Shown piece after piece: positions 1 to 63,589 of a stretch of DNA of 64,000 nucleotides. The notes below the pieces were generated by a model that saw only the letters and a program-made list of their open reading frames with translations, was not told the origin of the DNA and did no database searches. How positions within the stretch are numbered: the first letter of the stretch is position 1; every line of letters begins with the position of its first letter. The translations under genes were made by a program, and so were the position numbers. The stretch is from assembly GCF_036321535.1 (NCBI RefSeq), contig NC_087447.1, forward strand, positions 51,152,001 to 51,216,000. Reading direction: 5' to 3'. The stretch is from Camelus dromedarius. Lineage: Eukaryota.

Positions 1-694
1 CAATGTAGTAAAGTGACACTAGTAATAAGAAACTGTACCTGAGACATAAATGTTAAATACAAACAACGTGGACAGCTAACAGCAGCTTTTGCAACCATGT
101 GAAGTAATTATGTTGTAACTTTAGGATTAAGCAGGTAGAATATAAAAGGCTTGGTAAAACCCCAACTCTGGGTTCCCTAAAAACCTGACAGGATCTCACT
201 CCAAACAAGCAGACTATCATTCTCACCATTTGAGAGTGTTTCCAATGAAAAAACTGGGAAGACTTGAAAAGCAGCAGTCACTAACTATCCTCTGATAGCC
301 TTTACTGAAAAATCTATCTTTTGAGCTTATCCCAGTAGAATATAACTTCTATAAGATTTACATGTCAAAGAGCTTCTTCTCACCAAGACTCAGACTCTTT
401 CAGACTAATTCAGGCAGAACAAAACAAGTGCTAACGGAAGATACAGGCAAAACTCAATAGGAACTCAGAAAGTAGCTTTGTAAGATGGAGCCTAGGAGAA
501 TGTACAAAGTTTTAATAGGCTGAGGAAGAGCCCGAGGAAATAACATGAAGAAAGGCCTAGGGATGAAGATTAGCGAACTAGGAATACAAATTGAGCATGG
601 GATGTGGTAGCAGAGAAGACTAATTCTAAAATAGCCAGCACATCACACACAAAAATGAAGCAAAAAAGCCTTGGTTTAGTGATTCTTCAAATTA

Positions 695-50744
<50,050 letters not shown>

Positions 50745-51225
50745 CTGAAATCAAAAAGAACATAACTCTTTTATTATTTTTGAGCAAAAAGACATATGTG
50801 CTGAAAATTTTTAAAGAATCCAAATTATACAATCTCTTCTCCAGGACCCACCTCAAGCCATTCCACTGCATACTATGATTACTGCTATCGTATTCTGTCA
50901 ATATTCAAAAATGTAATACCTACTCTGTGCCAAGCACTGCTAGAAATTCTCAATGTTCTTGCTTTTCCCTGTATTCTTCTATCTAAGGCATCACAAAAAA
51001 AACCATCATGATGTGGTTAAAAAGGCAAAAATTTGGCCCAGCTAAACTGAGTATTAACCCCAATGCTGCTTACTAGCTTAAGAGAAATTCCTTAACCATT
51101 TGGATTCCATTTATTCATTCATATAAAGATTAAATAAAACTGCTAACAGCATTCCACATTGCAATTCTAATTTTGTAACCTTAGGAAAAATCATGCCTTC
51201 TCTGGAAGGGACTGTATCACTATAC

Positions 51226-51427
51226 CAAGGGTCAGTAAAGCTGCTGGTTTTATAAATAGTTTTACTGGAACCCAGTCACACCCATTCATTCACATATTGC
51301 TTATGGCTTCTTGCACATTCCAATGGCAAAACTGAGTAGTTGCACCACACCTAAAACAATTAGCTTGTCCACAAATCTAAAAATATTTACTATCTAGTCC
51401 TTTACAGAAAAAGCTTGCTGACCCCTG
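51226..51427 (+). mobile_element. MER58A-like hAT-Charlie MITE
   Basis: TIRs caagggtcagtaaa ... cttgctgacccctg; internal aaaatatttactatctagtcctttacagaaaaag. Confidence 0.82.
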
Positions 51428-51894
51428 GTCTGTATCATCTCTCCAGTATCTCCTTCCACTAAAATTTAACCTCCTTCTATATAGGCAATCTACAATGCTT
51501 CTGGAAAATAAAAGGAATAAAATCTTTTTAAAAAGGAGGGGTGGAAATCTCTATCATAAGGTACTAACAGTTTTAGTGAAAACAGATGATATTACTTTAA
51601 ACAAGTGTTCTGGACAACGGATAAATATGAATGTACCCAGAGTTAATAAAGTTTCTCATTATTCTTCCATGCTACAATGGAAATTATATCTTTAACCATG
51701 ACTTTTTAGAATGTAAGCTCCTTGGAGTCAAACACAAAATGCTTTGGAGGCTAAATTTTCTAATTAAAAAAAAAAAAAAGAAAAACAGTGTAATAATCAC
51801 CAAGAGTTTTTTAGAAATATAGATGTCCTTGTTTGACCTCCATAAACTTTGATTTAGTATAGGTAGGTGTTAAGATCAAAATTCTGTAATTTTA

Positions 51895-52187
51895 TTACCA
51901 AGTCCATAAAACCTAACAACTCCGCACCTCGTGGTCGCGCTCTCTCTCTCTCTCTCTCTTGCCTTCTGAGGCAGTCCACACTCTGTCTATGGACTGTGCA
52001 ACACTTTCACGTTTAAACTAAACACCCCATACCTCTCAAACTCTCTCCGTCTCACCTTTCTGAGAAGGCCCACCTTCTGCCTATGGCGTATGTATCTCCT
52101 AAGCTGTTTTGCCTTCTGAGTGAGACAGACCGCACTGCCTATGGATTGTGTATCTTTCTAAATAAACTTGCTTTCACTTAAAAAAAA
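51895..52187 (+). mobile_element. MER41-like ERV1 LTR fragment ending at its poly(A) site (processed retrocopy)
   Basis: ctgcctatgga ... aataaacttgctttcactt resembles the MER41 R region and is followed by A8. Imperfect TSD aaaattctgtaatttta (51878-51894) and aaaattggtaatttta (52184-52199). Confidence 0.7.
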
Positions 52188-55100
52188 TTGGTAATTTTAA
52201 AATTTAGATCCCAATGCCTGCCGGAATTGAATACCACTGTTTTAGAAGTCAAATACTTAAATGTTATGAACAAAATACATAGAAGTTTTTCTTTTTTTTT
52301 TTTTTTTTAACATTTTCTAATAAAGGACTAAATGATCCCCTGCATTCATTTCCTTCCCTAAACCTTTCTCCACATGCCATCAATGATCTTAAAGTACACC
52401 ACTCCTCTACTTAAAACCCTTCATTAACATCTCAGAATAAAAGCTAAAGTTCCTTGGCTTGCTTTTGAAGGCCCTACCATTATTTAACCTACCCCACCCA
52501 TCAACCTCACTTCCCACTACTACCTTTCTTTCTAACTCCCCTTACATTCTAGCTACACCCAACTTCTCCAAGGTCTTCAAATATACTGTAGCATTCACAT
52601 TTCTATTCCTTTGCACATGCTATTCCCTCTGCTTAGAATGACAATTTCCCTCCCCTTCCACTGCTACTTCTTCTATGAAGCCCTTTGGAATTGTTTTCAC
52701 CTTTGAGAAGTTAGGGTCCTCTCCTCCAGATCCCAAGGCAAAGGGTATATTTCCAGACTTTCACATTTATTTTTACTATGTTATAATTATCTTCATCAGG
52801 AGCCAGAATGTTCCCCAAAGGTCGGGCACAATTTTGTCACCTTTGCAATCCAAAAGAGCCAGTACAGTATCTCACTCACAGTGGAGTCAATAAATATTTT
52901 TATTACTCAAAAGTTGACAGGGATATTTACCTTGCCTTTAAGGAGTTCAGTACAGATGAAATTTTAAGGTCCTTCACAATCTGATTGATACTGAACTGCC
53001 TTCCAAACTAAGCCACTACATCTGGACATAGCCTACACTCAAACTACACTTCAGAAATCTCTCTGTTCTCCCAAATTTGCCAAGTAGTCTCTTGCCCTCC
53101 TCTTGCCCCAGCCCAGCCCCCAATGCTTCCTGTCAATGATTTCTCTCCCCCTACAGATGAAAATCTTACTCATCTTTCAAGGCCAAAATAAAACTTCATC
53201 TGTTTATATAATTGATCCTGACCTACCCCTGGCAAACCAATAGCTCCTTAGTTCTCTTTTTGGACAAAAGAAATCAAGTAACAAGGCCAATCTTATTAAT
53301 CTAGATTAATTCTCTGGGTGGTGTGCTTTTTATCCATTTCTTCCAGTTTCACTTTGCAGCTTTGTCTTTGCTTTCCCTCCCAGCCCCAACTCAAGTCCCT
53401 CAGCTCCCCAAAAGAGAATTTCTACTGGCTCAGTTCTCAAGTGTACCTTCCCACTCCAGATTGCCAGTTCCAAATTTATACTCCCTGCAGCCACCTGATA
53501 CCATAAGCAGGCCCTTTCTCGCCTCTTGGGTCCCTTCAGCCAACAGTTTCATTGAATGTAACTCCTCTTCAAGACCACAGCTCAGGATTATACCAAGAAA
53601 GACTTTATAAACCTTTCTGACACAAGCTTTTCTTCATTTCCCAATTCTTCCACTGTGCTTGGAGAATTCTAGGTGGTACATCTCCACTTTCAAAAAATTC
53701 CAAATTATTAAAACCTAAAATCGGTTGTTGGAATACAATATTTGAATCCTCTGTACCACATTTCAGCCTAGATCACCAGTGACAGGAAATCTAGTCTCAA
53801 AAGTCAGCCTATTCTATCTTTGGTGACCTCATTTAGACAGTTATCACTTATACTAAGTTTTACCTTCTCACACTACATTGCAATTATTTGTTTATACATT
53901 TGTCTCTCCCCATACTGTCCTTCCCTGCCAGACTTAAGACTATAAACGCAAGAGAAAAGTTCAATCATTTCACAATCCCCAACACCAGGCCTGGCACAGA
54001 ATAGGTAATCAATAAAGATCTGTTGAAGAAATGAACAAACAAATGAACAACTAAAAGAACAAGTAAATAAGCAAACAAACAAATATGACTTCCATCTATT
54101 ACTCCTAAATCCTGTCTCAGGGCTACTCAGAAAAGTCTACTGCCTCTTCCCCAGACAGAACTTTAGATACTTGAAATCATCTTTCAAGACCTCCCAACTC
54201 TATTTTTTCAATACTAAACAATGCCAGTACCTTCAACTATACTCATAAAACACAATTTTGTGCCTTCTTGATCCTTCCCTTTGAATTTACTTGGACTTAA
54301 CTGTTTCTATACTACTTTTCAGTTTCCCTGCAGCCCTTCAACCAGCCCTTTACTATGGTTTCTCCACAAGTGTTTACTCTCTTTACACTTCATAGATCCA
54401 CTCACAGGTCATTTTGTCCATCTATACCTAGCACAGTAATCAGCACATTTTAAAATGTACACTGTCTTAAACTTTGTTTATAGGAAAACAAGTCCAAAAC
54501 TTCAATCCTGACAAAGAAAAAAAGAAATACACTCAACTCTTGAATAAGGTGACCAAATATATCTTAAATCTTCTAACAGTCTCTGCAGGCCAAAGATTTG
54601 GGAGGATGACAAGCCAATGCCTTCTGACATGCTGTGTATAAACTAGGCCCAAGGCCAACATTTAGAATGATAGTTCAGATGGCACCCATTTATCCATCCT
54701 AGACAACAAACTGATAAAACAGAAAGACCATGTTTTACCAATGCCGCAGAGGCTCAAGGTGCCTAATAATCTATAAGCAACTAATTATAATGAAGTGTTA
54801 ATTATAAATCAATTGAATAACTCTGTAATAAATGCAGGATCGTTGGCAGGGTAATACAGTTTTTAAAAAAATTACTGGAGTTAAAATCATGAGACCTGAG
54901 TTTAAATCCTGACTCTGCTATTTACTAGCCATGGTCCTAAATAGAAGTCTCTTTACCTATGAGTTGCAAATTGTTGTTTCCCACTACGGAGTCCCTAGAC
55001 AGATACTGGTCAAAAGGCAACCAAGAATGGGAAGTTATTTGTGTCTCTTTTTCTGTAAAAAGCATAAAGCATGCTATAAAATATATAAAGCTATTAATGC

Positions 55101-56030
55101 TATTGTAGAAAAAGGGAAGGAAAATACTTTACAAGTAGGCATTATGTGCAAGGTACTTCACACATTGAATAAAATCAAACGGATTCAGGGGAAGGAGTGT
55201 GTTCACCAACAACTATTTCTTTCCACTTTATCACATCTGGATTCCACAGCCACTAGTGTAAAACATAGCCAAAACAACTAAAGATTTTAAGATGCGTATA
55301 ACATCAAAGCAAGAAGCAATCTTAGAGGTCATCTAAACTAATTCCCCTCACATAACAGGTAGAATACAGAGGTCCAAAAAGCAGAAGGAAATTTCCTGAG
55401 ATCACACAGAAATTTAAAGGAGGGGACAGAAACCCACATCTCCAAACTCTCTGCCAAAGGATTTTCCAACTATACTTGAGGTAATTCTAGCCTGTTTGTA
55501 CCTTTTCTGACCTGAACTATGCTACTTCTGATCTAGGTTTAGGCCAGTCAAATGCAGCCAAGGGCAAATATAAAAATGTATAAACACATTTGGGCTGGAT
55601 TTAAGAATGATATTTACTAAATATCTGCCATGAGCTAAGCACTAGAGAAGACAATTTCTTGGTCCTCAAATCGACCATGTGTTGATGTGCTGAAAGTTAT
55701 GTACACCTTTTACTGTAGTTGCAGGTTCTTCATCCAACTACATTTCAAATCAATAAATTTTTATTGAGTACTTATATGTAAGGTGCTATGCTAGAAACCA
55801 GAGCTACAGAGATAGATAAATGAATAAGTGATGATCCCAACTCTAGAGGTTCTCACAGTCTGGTAAGCAAGATAGACAGGACCTAAAAAACCACAATGTC
55901 AGGACAATTGTGAAGAGTGCTATAAACAGTACAAGTAGTAAAATGTCAGAATAAACAGAAAGGAAAGTATATACTGAACTGAGGTGATTAGTGAGGCTTC
56001 ATAGAACTGGTATTAAGAATCGGGGCTTAA

Positions 56031-56242
56031 TAGATAAACAAGTTGATACTGTATAGCACAGGGAAATATATTCAAGATCTTGTAGTAGCTCATGGTGAAA
56101 AAGAATATGAAAATGAATATATGTATATTCGTGTATGACTGAAAAATTGTGCTGTACACCAGAAATTGACACAACATTGTAAACTGACTATTACTCGATA
56201 ACAAAGAAAGAAAGAGAAGAGAAAAGAAAAGAAAAGAAAAGA
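56031..56242 (+). mobile_element. Young L1 3' end (about 170 bp) with a (GAAAA)n-converted tail
   Basis: Same 3'UTR family as 33086-33270. TSD core cggggcttaa at 56021-56030 and 56249-56258, with a tt|aaga endonuclease-type site. Confidence 0.88.
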
Positions 56243-56334
56243 AACAAACGGGGCTTAAAGAATAAACAGATCAGACTAGTGGTCCTCGACTCTGGACTAT
56301 TAGAATTTCCTAGATGCTTTGTAAAACATCAGCT

Positions 56335-56570
56335 GAAGTACTTTGGGGAAGTATATTAATATCTGCAATTCACTGTGAAAAAAAATTTTTTTAAATAAGA
56401 TATATTAATGTTGAGCATAGGGATGTGATATACATGTTGATATATAATGGATCTGATGAAGCAAGTATATAAAAATGTTAATGGTAGAAAAATCTAGGGA
56501 GTGGTTATACAGTTATTCACTATAATTCTTTCCATTTTGCTGTACATTTGAGATTTTCCTAATAAAAAAG
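56335..56570 (+). mobile_element. L1ME-type 3' end inside a MER5-like element
   Basis: aaaatgttaatggtagaaaaatctaggg ... ttttgctgtacatttgagattttcctaataaaa. MER5-like flanks ctagtggtcctc and tgattttaattggtctgggataggcccaggcatt. Confidence 0.6.
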
Positions 56571-59299
56571 GGGGGAGATGGAATACCACTGCTTGAACTC
56601 TGATTTTAATTGGTCTGGGATAGGCCCAGGCATTGGTATACTACCTTGACCAAGGAAAACAGACAATAAATAAATTAATGATTTTGATAGAGGACAATGA
56701 TGGTAAGTATATCCCAGATCATAGGAACAACAGAAGTGTGAGAGTACAGTGTGGAAGAATGCAACATGAAGGTGGAAAAGTAGGACATAGTGATCACAGA
56801 GGGCCTCTTCTTTTCTGCAACACATACACAGCACCAGTCAAAAAATGGTCCATTTTAAGCAGTTCTAGATCTGTACAATGAATGTTCCACATTAAAAATA
56901 AAAGATGACATTGTTGATTTAAAAAGGCTGAGAGAGGACAATGAGAAAAGAGGTGTTGCCTGGAGGAGGGGACCAGCTGTCATCCATGTGCACTGAGGAG
57001 TCTGTGATCCCTTAAGGTCACACAGTGGGACCTGGGAGTTTAGGAGAGTCCTCAAAATTGCCTAACAGAGTTGCTAAAATTCTTTTAAAAGTATCCCCAT
57101 AGAACCTCCTGGACTAACCATCTTTACAAATAGAATTCCAGCCCATCACTTGAGGCTGATATTTTAATAACCACTAACATTAGTGGAGCTTACAAGAAAA
57201 CTTGGAAATCTATTTGGTTGGCATCATTTTTCTCATTCATTCATGCAAATATTTATTCCTCAACTTACTGTTTGCCAGGCTGTGCTAGGTACTGGGGATA
57301 AAACAGTGAGCAAGTCAAAAGAAGTAAAATCTCAAGAGACGCTGCCCATCACCCAGGGTCAGACAGCTAGTGGGCAGCAGAGGCAGGGACCTGAATGAAG
57401 AAGTCTGTGCGACTATAGAATCACCTCTTTTTCCACTACACCACACCTCACTGTTCACTCTAGAAGCAAAGTGATGTACTAGATAACCTCTAACAATGCC
57501 TCAGGCCATTGTTTAATTGAAGAAGAGAAAGGAAAAAAAGAAATTAAACCTATTTCAAATATTAATCACATTTCTCAGTTTCAGCAACCCGAGCGGCTGA
57601 GACTGGCATGACCAACACCCCACCCAAGACTGGGGAGTACTGCATGCCCTTGACACCTGGTTATGAGAATTTGATCTTTAATTAAATCTTGCCAGGACGT
57701 TTTCGTTGGCAGGAGTCTGGAATGCTGTAGTCTTGAATTTGCTGAGGGATGTCCTTCTGACAAGTCAAAGACACTCCCGCCATGTAGCCTCCAGCCACTT
57801 ACACTGGTTTACAACAAGAAAGCAACTAGCAGGGAGGAAAACAGGAAGCTGTTTCTGGGCTGTTAGGAAAGCTACTTTAATTTTGGACCCTCAGTTTCCT
57901 CTTTTGTAAAATACAAGTAAGACTATCTACTTTATAGAGTTATCATGAGAATTAAAAAGCGTATACAAAAGCACCTAGCATGCTGCCTGGCACAAAACAG
58001 AGATTCAATAAATATCTGTTCTCACCCCTTACTCATCTATCCAGTTTCATCTCTTCTATTCCCTAAATTTGTCATTCCAGCTCAATCTGCTTTCATACCC
58101 CTACATTTGCCCACACCATTCTCTCTGCCTAAAATGTCCCAAGTTGTATGTTATGCAAACTCCTACTCATTCTTCAAGACCCAGCTTGACTCACTTCCTC
58201 TATGAAACCTTCACACAAGCCCTCCTACTTCTACCTTCCCTCAAATTTAATAGCATTTTATACATAATTCAATGCAGCAGGTTCCATATTTCATCATATC
58301 AACCTCATCAGACCATGAGCAAGTAAGGGACAAAACTGAGTCTGATTAATCTCTATGTCCCCAAGTCTCACCCAGCACAGACTTGGCACAACTAGATAAT
58401 TAGTAAAGGTTCACTGACTAAGGCAGTCTGGTTTAGAGGAGAAAAACATAGGAGCTGAAAGGATCTGGAAGAATCAGCTACTTCTAAAGCTTTATTTCAT
58501 AGTTTGAACATGAAACCCATAGGTGTATGCAATTTACCTAAGATCACTCAAAGAAATATTGAGGATATGACTAGTCTCTGATTATTCTGATTCTCTTAAA
58601 AATACTCATTCCCCTCTAATTACAATTTGAGACAATGAACAAAGGGCTGTACCTGAAAAACTTCCTGCAATTGGAGAGGAATGAGAAGCAGCAAAGTGAA
58701 ACAGAAAAGGCAGAGATTTGGAGTCAGAGAATTTAAATTCACTTAGACTAACCCTGTACGTTCACCCTCTCCTCCTCCCACCAATCATACTACACATCTT
58801 CCTCACTCCTACTACCCCTGCAGATAGTCACTAGAGTGACTTGCAGAAACCAGCACTAAAGGTCTCATAATCCTCCTTCCACCATTTCGGGAAACTCCTG
58901 ACCTGCAGCCCCAAGTAAGCTATTCCCAACAGTTAGGAATAAAATTCAAATTTAAGCTTCAAACCTCCATCCCTCTCCATGAATGGCCTGCACTGAGAAA
59001 ATCATCACTAAACCTGAGGCTCATACAATCTGAGGGCTGAAAGAACCAATAAGGCCACCTGGTTTAACCTCCCAAGAAACACTGGAATCATGTCTCCTAA
59101 ATAGATGACCCTTCAGTCAATCTGCCTGAAAATACCCTATGATTTCCCACACTGCCTCAGATGAACATAATCTCTCAGAAATGTTAGGAATTATACCTTG
59201 AAAATGGACTGCCCTCTCTCCTCTAAAAGAGAATCAGGACTAAGTTAGTCAAGTTTCCAGTGTTCATTTACTTCAGTCATCCTTGATCACCCAAACTCG

Positions 59300-60005
59300 C
59301 ATACCAATCTCTTCTGTATGCCTTCTAATCTGACCAAATTCCTCACCCCTTTCCCGACTCTGGATCCCCTCCACTACTTCCTCTGGAACTTCCCATTTGT
59401 CATGGGCTAATTTCACTCATCTCCTTGCCTTAAAAGAAATTTGGCTACCTCCTAAGAAAGGGATTTCTCCAGCAGCCCTCCCAGCTGGAGACTGTCTTCT
59501 CTTTTATACCCAGCCTATTAGTGGGGTCCTGAATTTTCAGTGCCATTTCCAAGCCACTCCTTTTTCTTCTTGTGAAACCTCTATTGCTTTGAGTAGCCTC
59601 CACTGACTGCTATCACACTTCCCTGTTGCCTAATACCCACTTCCTGGATACCCCACTCAAAGGCTTTTGTTCCTAGATCAGTCTTCTTCTGTACCCTCAG
59701 GTGTCATTCCAGGTGACTTCAATAACCACAATGATGACACTTCCAACACTGACCATTTCACTTGCTGACCTATGGTCTAAGTTAGGTCATAATACTCCCA
59801 TGATCATACCTTGGACCTTATCACCAAATGTTCATTGACCCCAATATTCAGAACGAATCATATATACTCCAAATACAACCTCCTATCCACGCAGCTCACT
59901 TGCTCAGGAACTTCCACCACAATTCCTAGACTTTATTTTGAGCCCCAATCAACTATCTGTTAGTCTCTGCTGCCTTCACATCTTTTTTTCCCTAACCATA
60001 GCCTG
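59300..60005 (+). mobile_element. L2 5' portion (endonuclease-domain fossil)
   Basis: HLLALKEIWL..SPAAL (ORF 59397..59606), ggtgacttcaat = GDFN and gatcataccttggacctt = DHTLDL, in the order expected for an APE domain. Confidence 0.7.
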
Positions 60006-60038
60006 TCAAAATCACTCAAACATCAAAACACACTCAAA

Positions 60039-60485
60039 CATGCAGCAACATGGATGGACTTAGCGATTGTCATTCTAAGTAAAATAAGCCAGAAAGAGAA
60101 AGAAAAATACCGTATGACATCACTTATATATGAAATATGAAAAAAAAAAGATGAACTTACTTACAAAACAGAAACAGACTCACAGACATAGAAAACAAAC
60201 TTATGGTTACCATGGTGGAAGCGGGTTGGAAGGGATAAATTGGGAGTTGAAGATTTGCAGATACTAACTAATATATGTAAAATAGATAAATAACAAGTTC
60301 ATACTGTATAGCACAGGGAATTACATTCAATATCTTGTAGTAACTTGTGGTGATAAAGAATATGAAAACAAATATATGTATGTTCATGTATGATTGAAGT
60401 ATCATGCTGTATACCAGAAATTAACACATTGTAAACTGACTATATTTCAATAAAAACATATACACAAAAATTAAATAAATAAAAA
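60039..60485 (+). mobile_element. Cetartiodactyl/camelid-type L1 3' end
   Basis: gcagcaacatggatggacttag ... acagactcacagacatagaaaacaaacttatggttacc ... tgtaaactgactatatttcaataaaa followed by an A-rich tail. Confidence 0.88.
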
Positions 60486-60494
60486 GCATCAAAC

Positions 60495-62050
60495 CTCTAA
60501 AACTCAACAACAAAAAAACAAAAAACCCAAGTCAAATATGGATTAAGGATTTGAACAGATATTTCTCCAAAAAAGACATAAGAATGGCCAATAAGCACAT
60601 GAAAAAAATGCCCCCAACATCACTAATCATTAGGGAAATCAACATTACTAACTATTAAGGTAGTCCAAGTCAAACCTACAATAAGATACTATCTTGCATC
60701 CATTAGTATGGCTACTATCAAAAAAAAAAAGAAAAAAGAAAAAGAAAAAACAAGTGTTGGTGAGGATGGAGAAACTGGAATGCTCGTGCACTATTGGTAG
60801 AAATGTAAGATGGAAATGGCGCAGCCACTATGGAAAACAGTAGAGCAAGCAGTTCCTCAAAAAATTAAAAATACTGTAGAATTACCATATAATCCAGCAA
60901 TTCCACTTCTGGGTATATACCCAAAAATATTGAAAGCAGGGTCTTAAAGAACTGTATGTATACCCATGTTCATAACAGCATTATTCACAATAGCTAAGAT
61001 GTGGAAGCAACCCAAGTGTTCACCAATAAATAAAAAGATAAGCAAACTGTGGTATACACATACAATAGAATATTTTTCAGAAAAGAAATGAAATTCTGCA
61101 GTATGCTACAACATTGATGAATCTTGAGGATGCTCAGTGAAAGAAGCCAATTACAAAAATACAAATACTGTATGATTCCACTTATATGAGGTACTTAGAG
61201 TAGTCAAAATCATAAAGGCAAAAAGTATAATGGTGGTTTCCAGGGGCTGAGGGAAGAATGGGAAGTTGTTGCTCAATAGATATAGAGTTTCAGTTTTACA
61301 AGACTAAAAGAGTTATGGGGATGAATGATGGTGATGGTTGCACAATAATGTATTTAATACCACTGAACTGTATACTTAAAAATGCTTAAGATGGTAACTT
61401 TTTTTTTAATTGAAGTATAGTTGATTTACAATGTTGTGTTAGTTTCTTGTGTATAACAGTGATTTAGTTGTGTGTGTGTGTGTGTGTGTATATAAATAAA
61501 TATATATATTCATATTCTTTTTCACTATGGACTATTACAAGGTTTTGAATATAGTTCCCTATACTATACAGCAGGACCTTGTTGTTTATCTATTTTACAT
61601 ACAGTAGTCAGTATCTGCAAATTCTGAACTCCTGATTTATCCCTCTCCACTCCCTTTCCCCTCTCTGGTAACCATAAGTTTGTTTTCTATGTCTGTGAGG
61701 CTGCTTCTGTTTTGTAAATAAGTTCATTTGTGTCATTTTTTTAGATTCCACATGGAAGTGATAACATGGTATTTTTCTTTCTCTTTCTGGCTTACTTTAC
61801 TTAGAATGATGATCTCTAATTCCATCCATGTTGCAGCAAATAGCATTATTTTATTCTTTTTTATAGCTGAGTAGTATTCCATTGTATAAACAGACCAGAA
61901 CTTCTTTATCCAGTCATCTGTCAGTGGATATTTAGGTTGTTTCCCTGTCTTGGCTATTGTAAAGAGTGCTGGTATGAAACTTGGGGTGCATGTAAGATGG
62001 CAACCTTTATGTTATATTTATTTATAATTTAAAAAAAGAAAGAAAAGAAA
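60495..62050 (+). mobile_element. L1MB-type LINE-1 3' portion, interrupted near its 3' end
   Basis: ORF2 end gaacagatatttctcc ... ccagcaattccacttctgggtatatacccaaaa. The 3'UTR breaks at taagatggtaac and resumes at about 62005 with ttatgttatat...aaaaaaag. Confidence 0.85.
61401..61992 (-). mobile_element. Cetartiodactyl/camelid-type L1 3' end nested in the L1MB; contains a (TG)n(TA)n microsatellite
   Basis: Poly(T) then aattgaagtatagttgatttacaatgttgtg. TSD taagatggtaactt (61387-61400) and taagatggcaacct (61993-62006). Confidence 0.88.
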
Positions 62051-62789
62051 ATGAGAATTTACCATCTAATAAATATATTACAATGTGCCGAAATTATCAG
62101 CAGTATCAAGTCATATTACCACATAAGCCTATGAATGCTGGGGTAAAGGCCAGCGAACTGAGACTTAAGATATTAACTGTGGACAATGACTGACTCTCGT
62201 TAAAATCTGTAGGATAAGGTGGCTTATAATAGACTTTCACTGTACATACATAAACTAAACAAATCTGATAAAAACAAAACAAAAACAAAAACAATCAACC
62301 TCCTTCTTTCCCTTTCCAAAATTCAGTTGGCAAAATCCCAGCTTTGGCACAGTTGAGTTCAACTCTCTCCAAACTGTCTCTATACTAAAAGAGCTAAATA
62401 TCCTAGAGAACATTACCTGGCTAACTGCTTTAGCTTGAAAATTATCTTTCTCCCAATACTTATGATTACCTTGCCACAAATGGGCATCAACCGGGCTTCT
62501 CATTCACCCCTTTCCTTAGCCAATGAGCCAACTTTCAATGAGAAAACAGAAATCTTTGCAGAACTCTATCTTCCCACTCCCAAATCTATATGCTTCCCTG
62601 TACCTGGAACACCCAGTTACAATGAAGAAGGTGTCCCCTCTCCCATCAAAAGCCTTTCTCTCATTCTCTCTTTTCCTTCCATTCCTTCACTTTTACTCCC
62701 TCTCACCTGGAATGATCTCCTTCAGTTACATTAATATCTCTTTATCTCTCTCTCTCCCTCTCTACCCCCCACCATACACACACACACAC

Positions 62790-63575
62790 ACTCAGTCATA
62801 CAACAAGTATTTATTTAACATCTACAATGTACCAATACTAAACTAGCTGAATAAGACAAAGTCCCTGTGTTTGTGGGTTTGCAGACTTATAGACTAGCAA
62901 GAGAAGCACACAAAGAAATAAGCAAACAAATATACAATGTCAAGTTCATAATGAAAATTAAAGAGTAGTACATGTGAATGCAGAAGGGACAGAGCTGGGG
63001 ATGGTACATAAGAGCTTACATACCTCAGGATAGGCTTCTCTGAGGAAGAGACACTTAAGACCTGAATGAAATGAGACAGTAAATCATAGTAATATCTGGA
63101 AGCACTGTTAAGCAGAGGGAGCAGTAAGTACAAATGTCCTAGATGAGAATTTTGGGGTGTACTGAACAGCAAAAAAGCCAACAAGACAGAAGTTAAGTGA
63201 ACAGGAGAAATGTGGTAGGAGACTAAGATTAGAGATGTACCCAGAACTCAGATTATGTAGGACTTTATATGCCACAATAAATTTTGAGAATTTTGAGCAG
63301 TGATATGATTTATGTTTTAAATAGACCACTCTGGCTGCAGAGAACTGACTTCAGGGGAGCAAAGAAAAAGCAGAGAGACTATTAAGAAGTTATTACAATA
63401 ACTCATATGAGAACTAATGGTGGCCTACATGTATTGCAATAGGCAAAGAGAAGTATTGCAAGGGCAGATATTTTGAAGGTAGAGGCAAATGGCTTATTTA
63501 GAGGTTGAATACACAGTGTGAGAAAAAAGGAAAGATCAAGATGATCTCTAAATTTTTGGCCTGAGCTGAGAATAT
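62790..63575 (-). mobile_element. L2 3' end, reverse orientation
   Basis: cagtcatacaacaagtatttatttaacatctac ... agacaaagtccctg ... agaccactctggctgc ... tttttggcctgagc. Confidence 0.8.
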
Positions 63576-63589
63576 TGGGTGAATATAAA

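Noticed and set aside
60013..60041. Direct repeat cactcaaacat x2 as the TSD of the 60039 L1
   Set aside because: Both copies lie on the same side of the element, and the downstream match (aagcatcaaa) is too weak to call.
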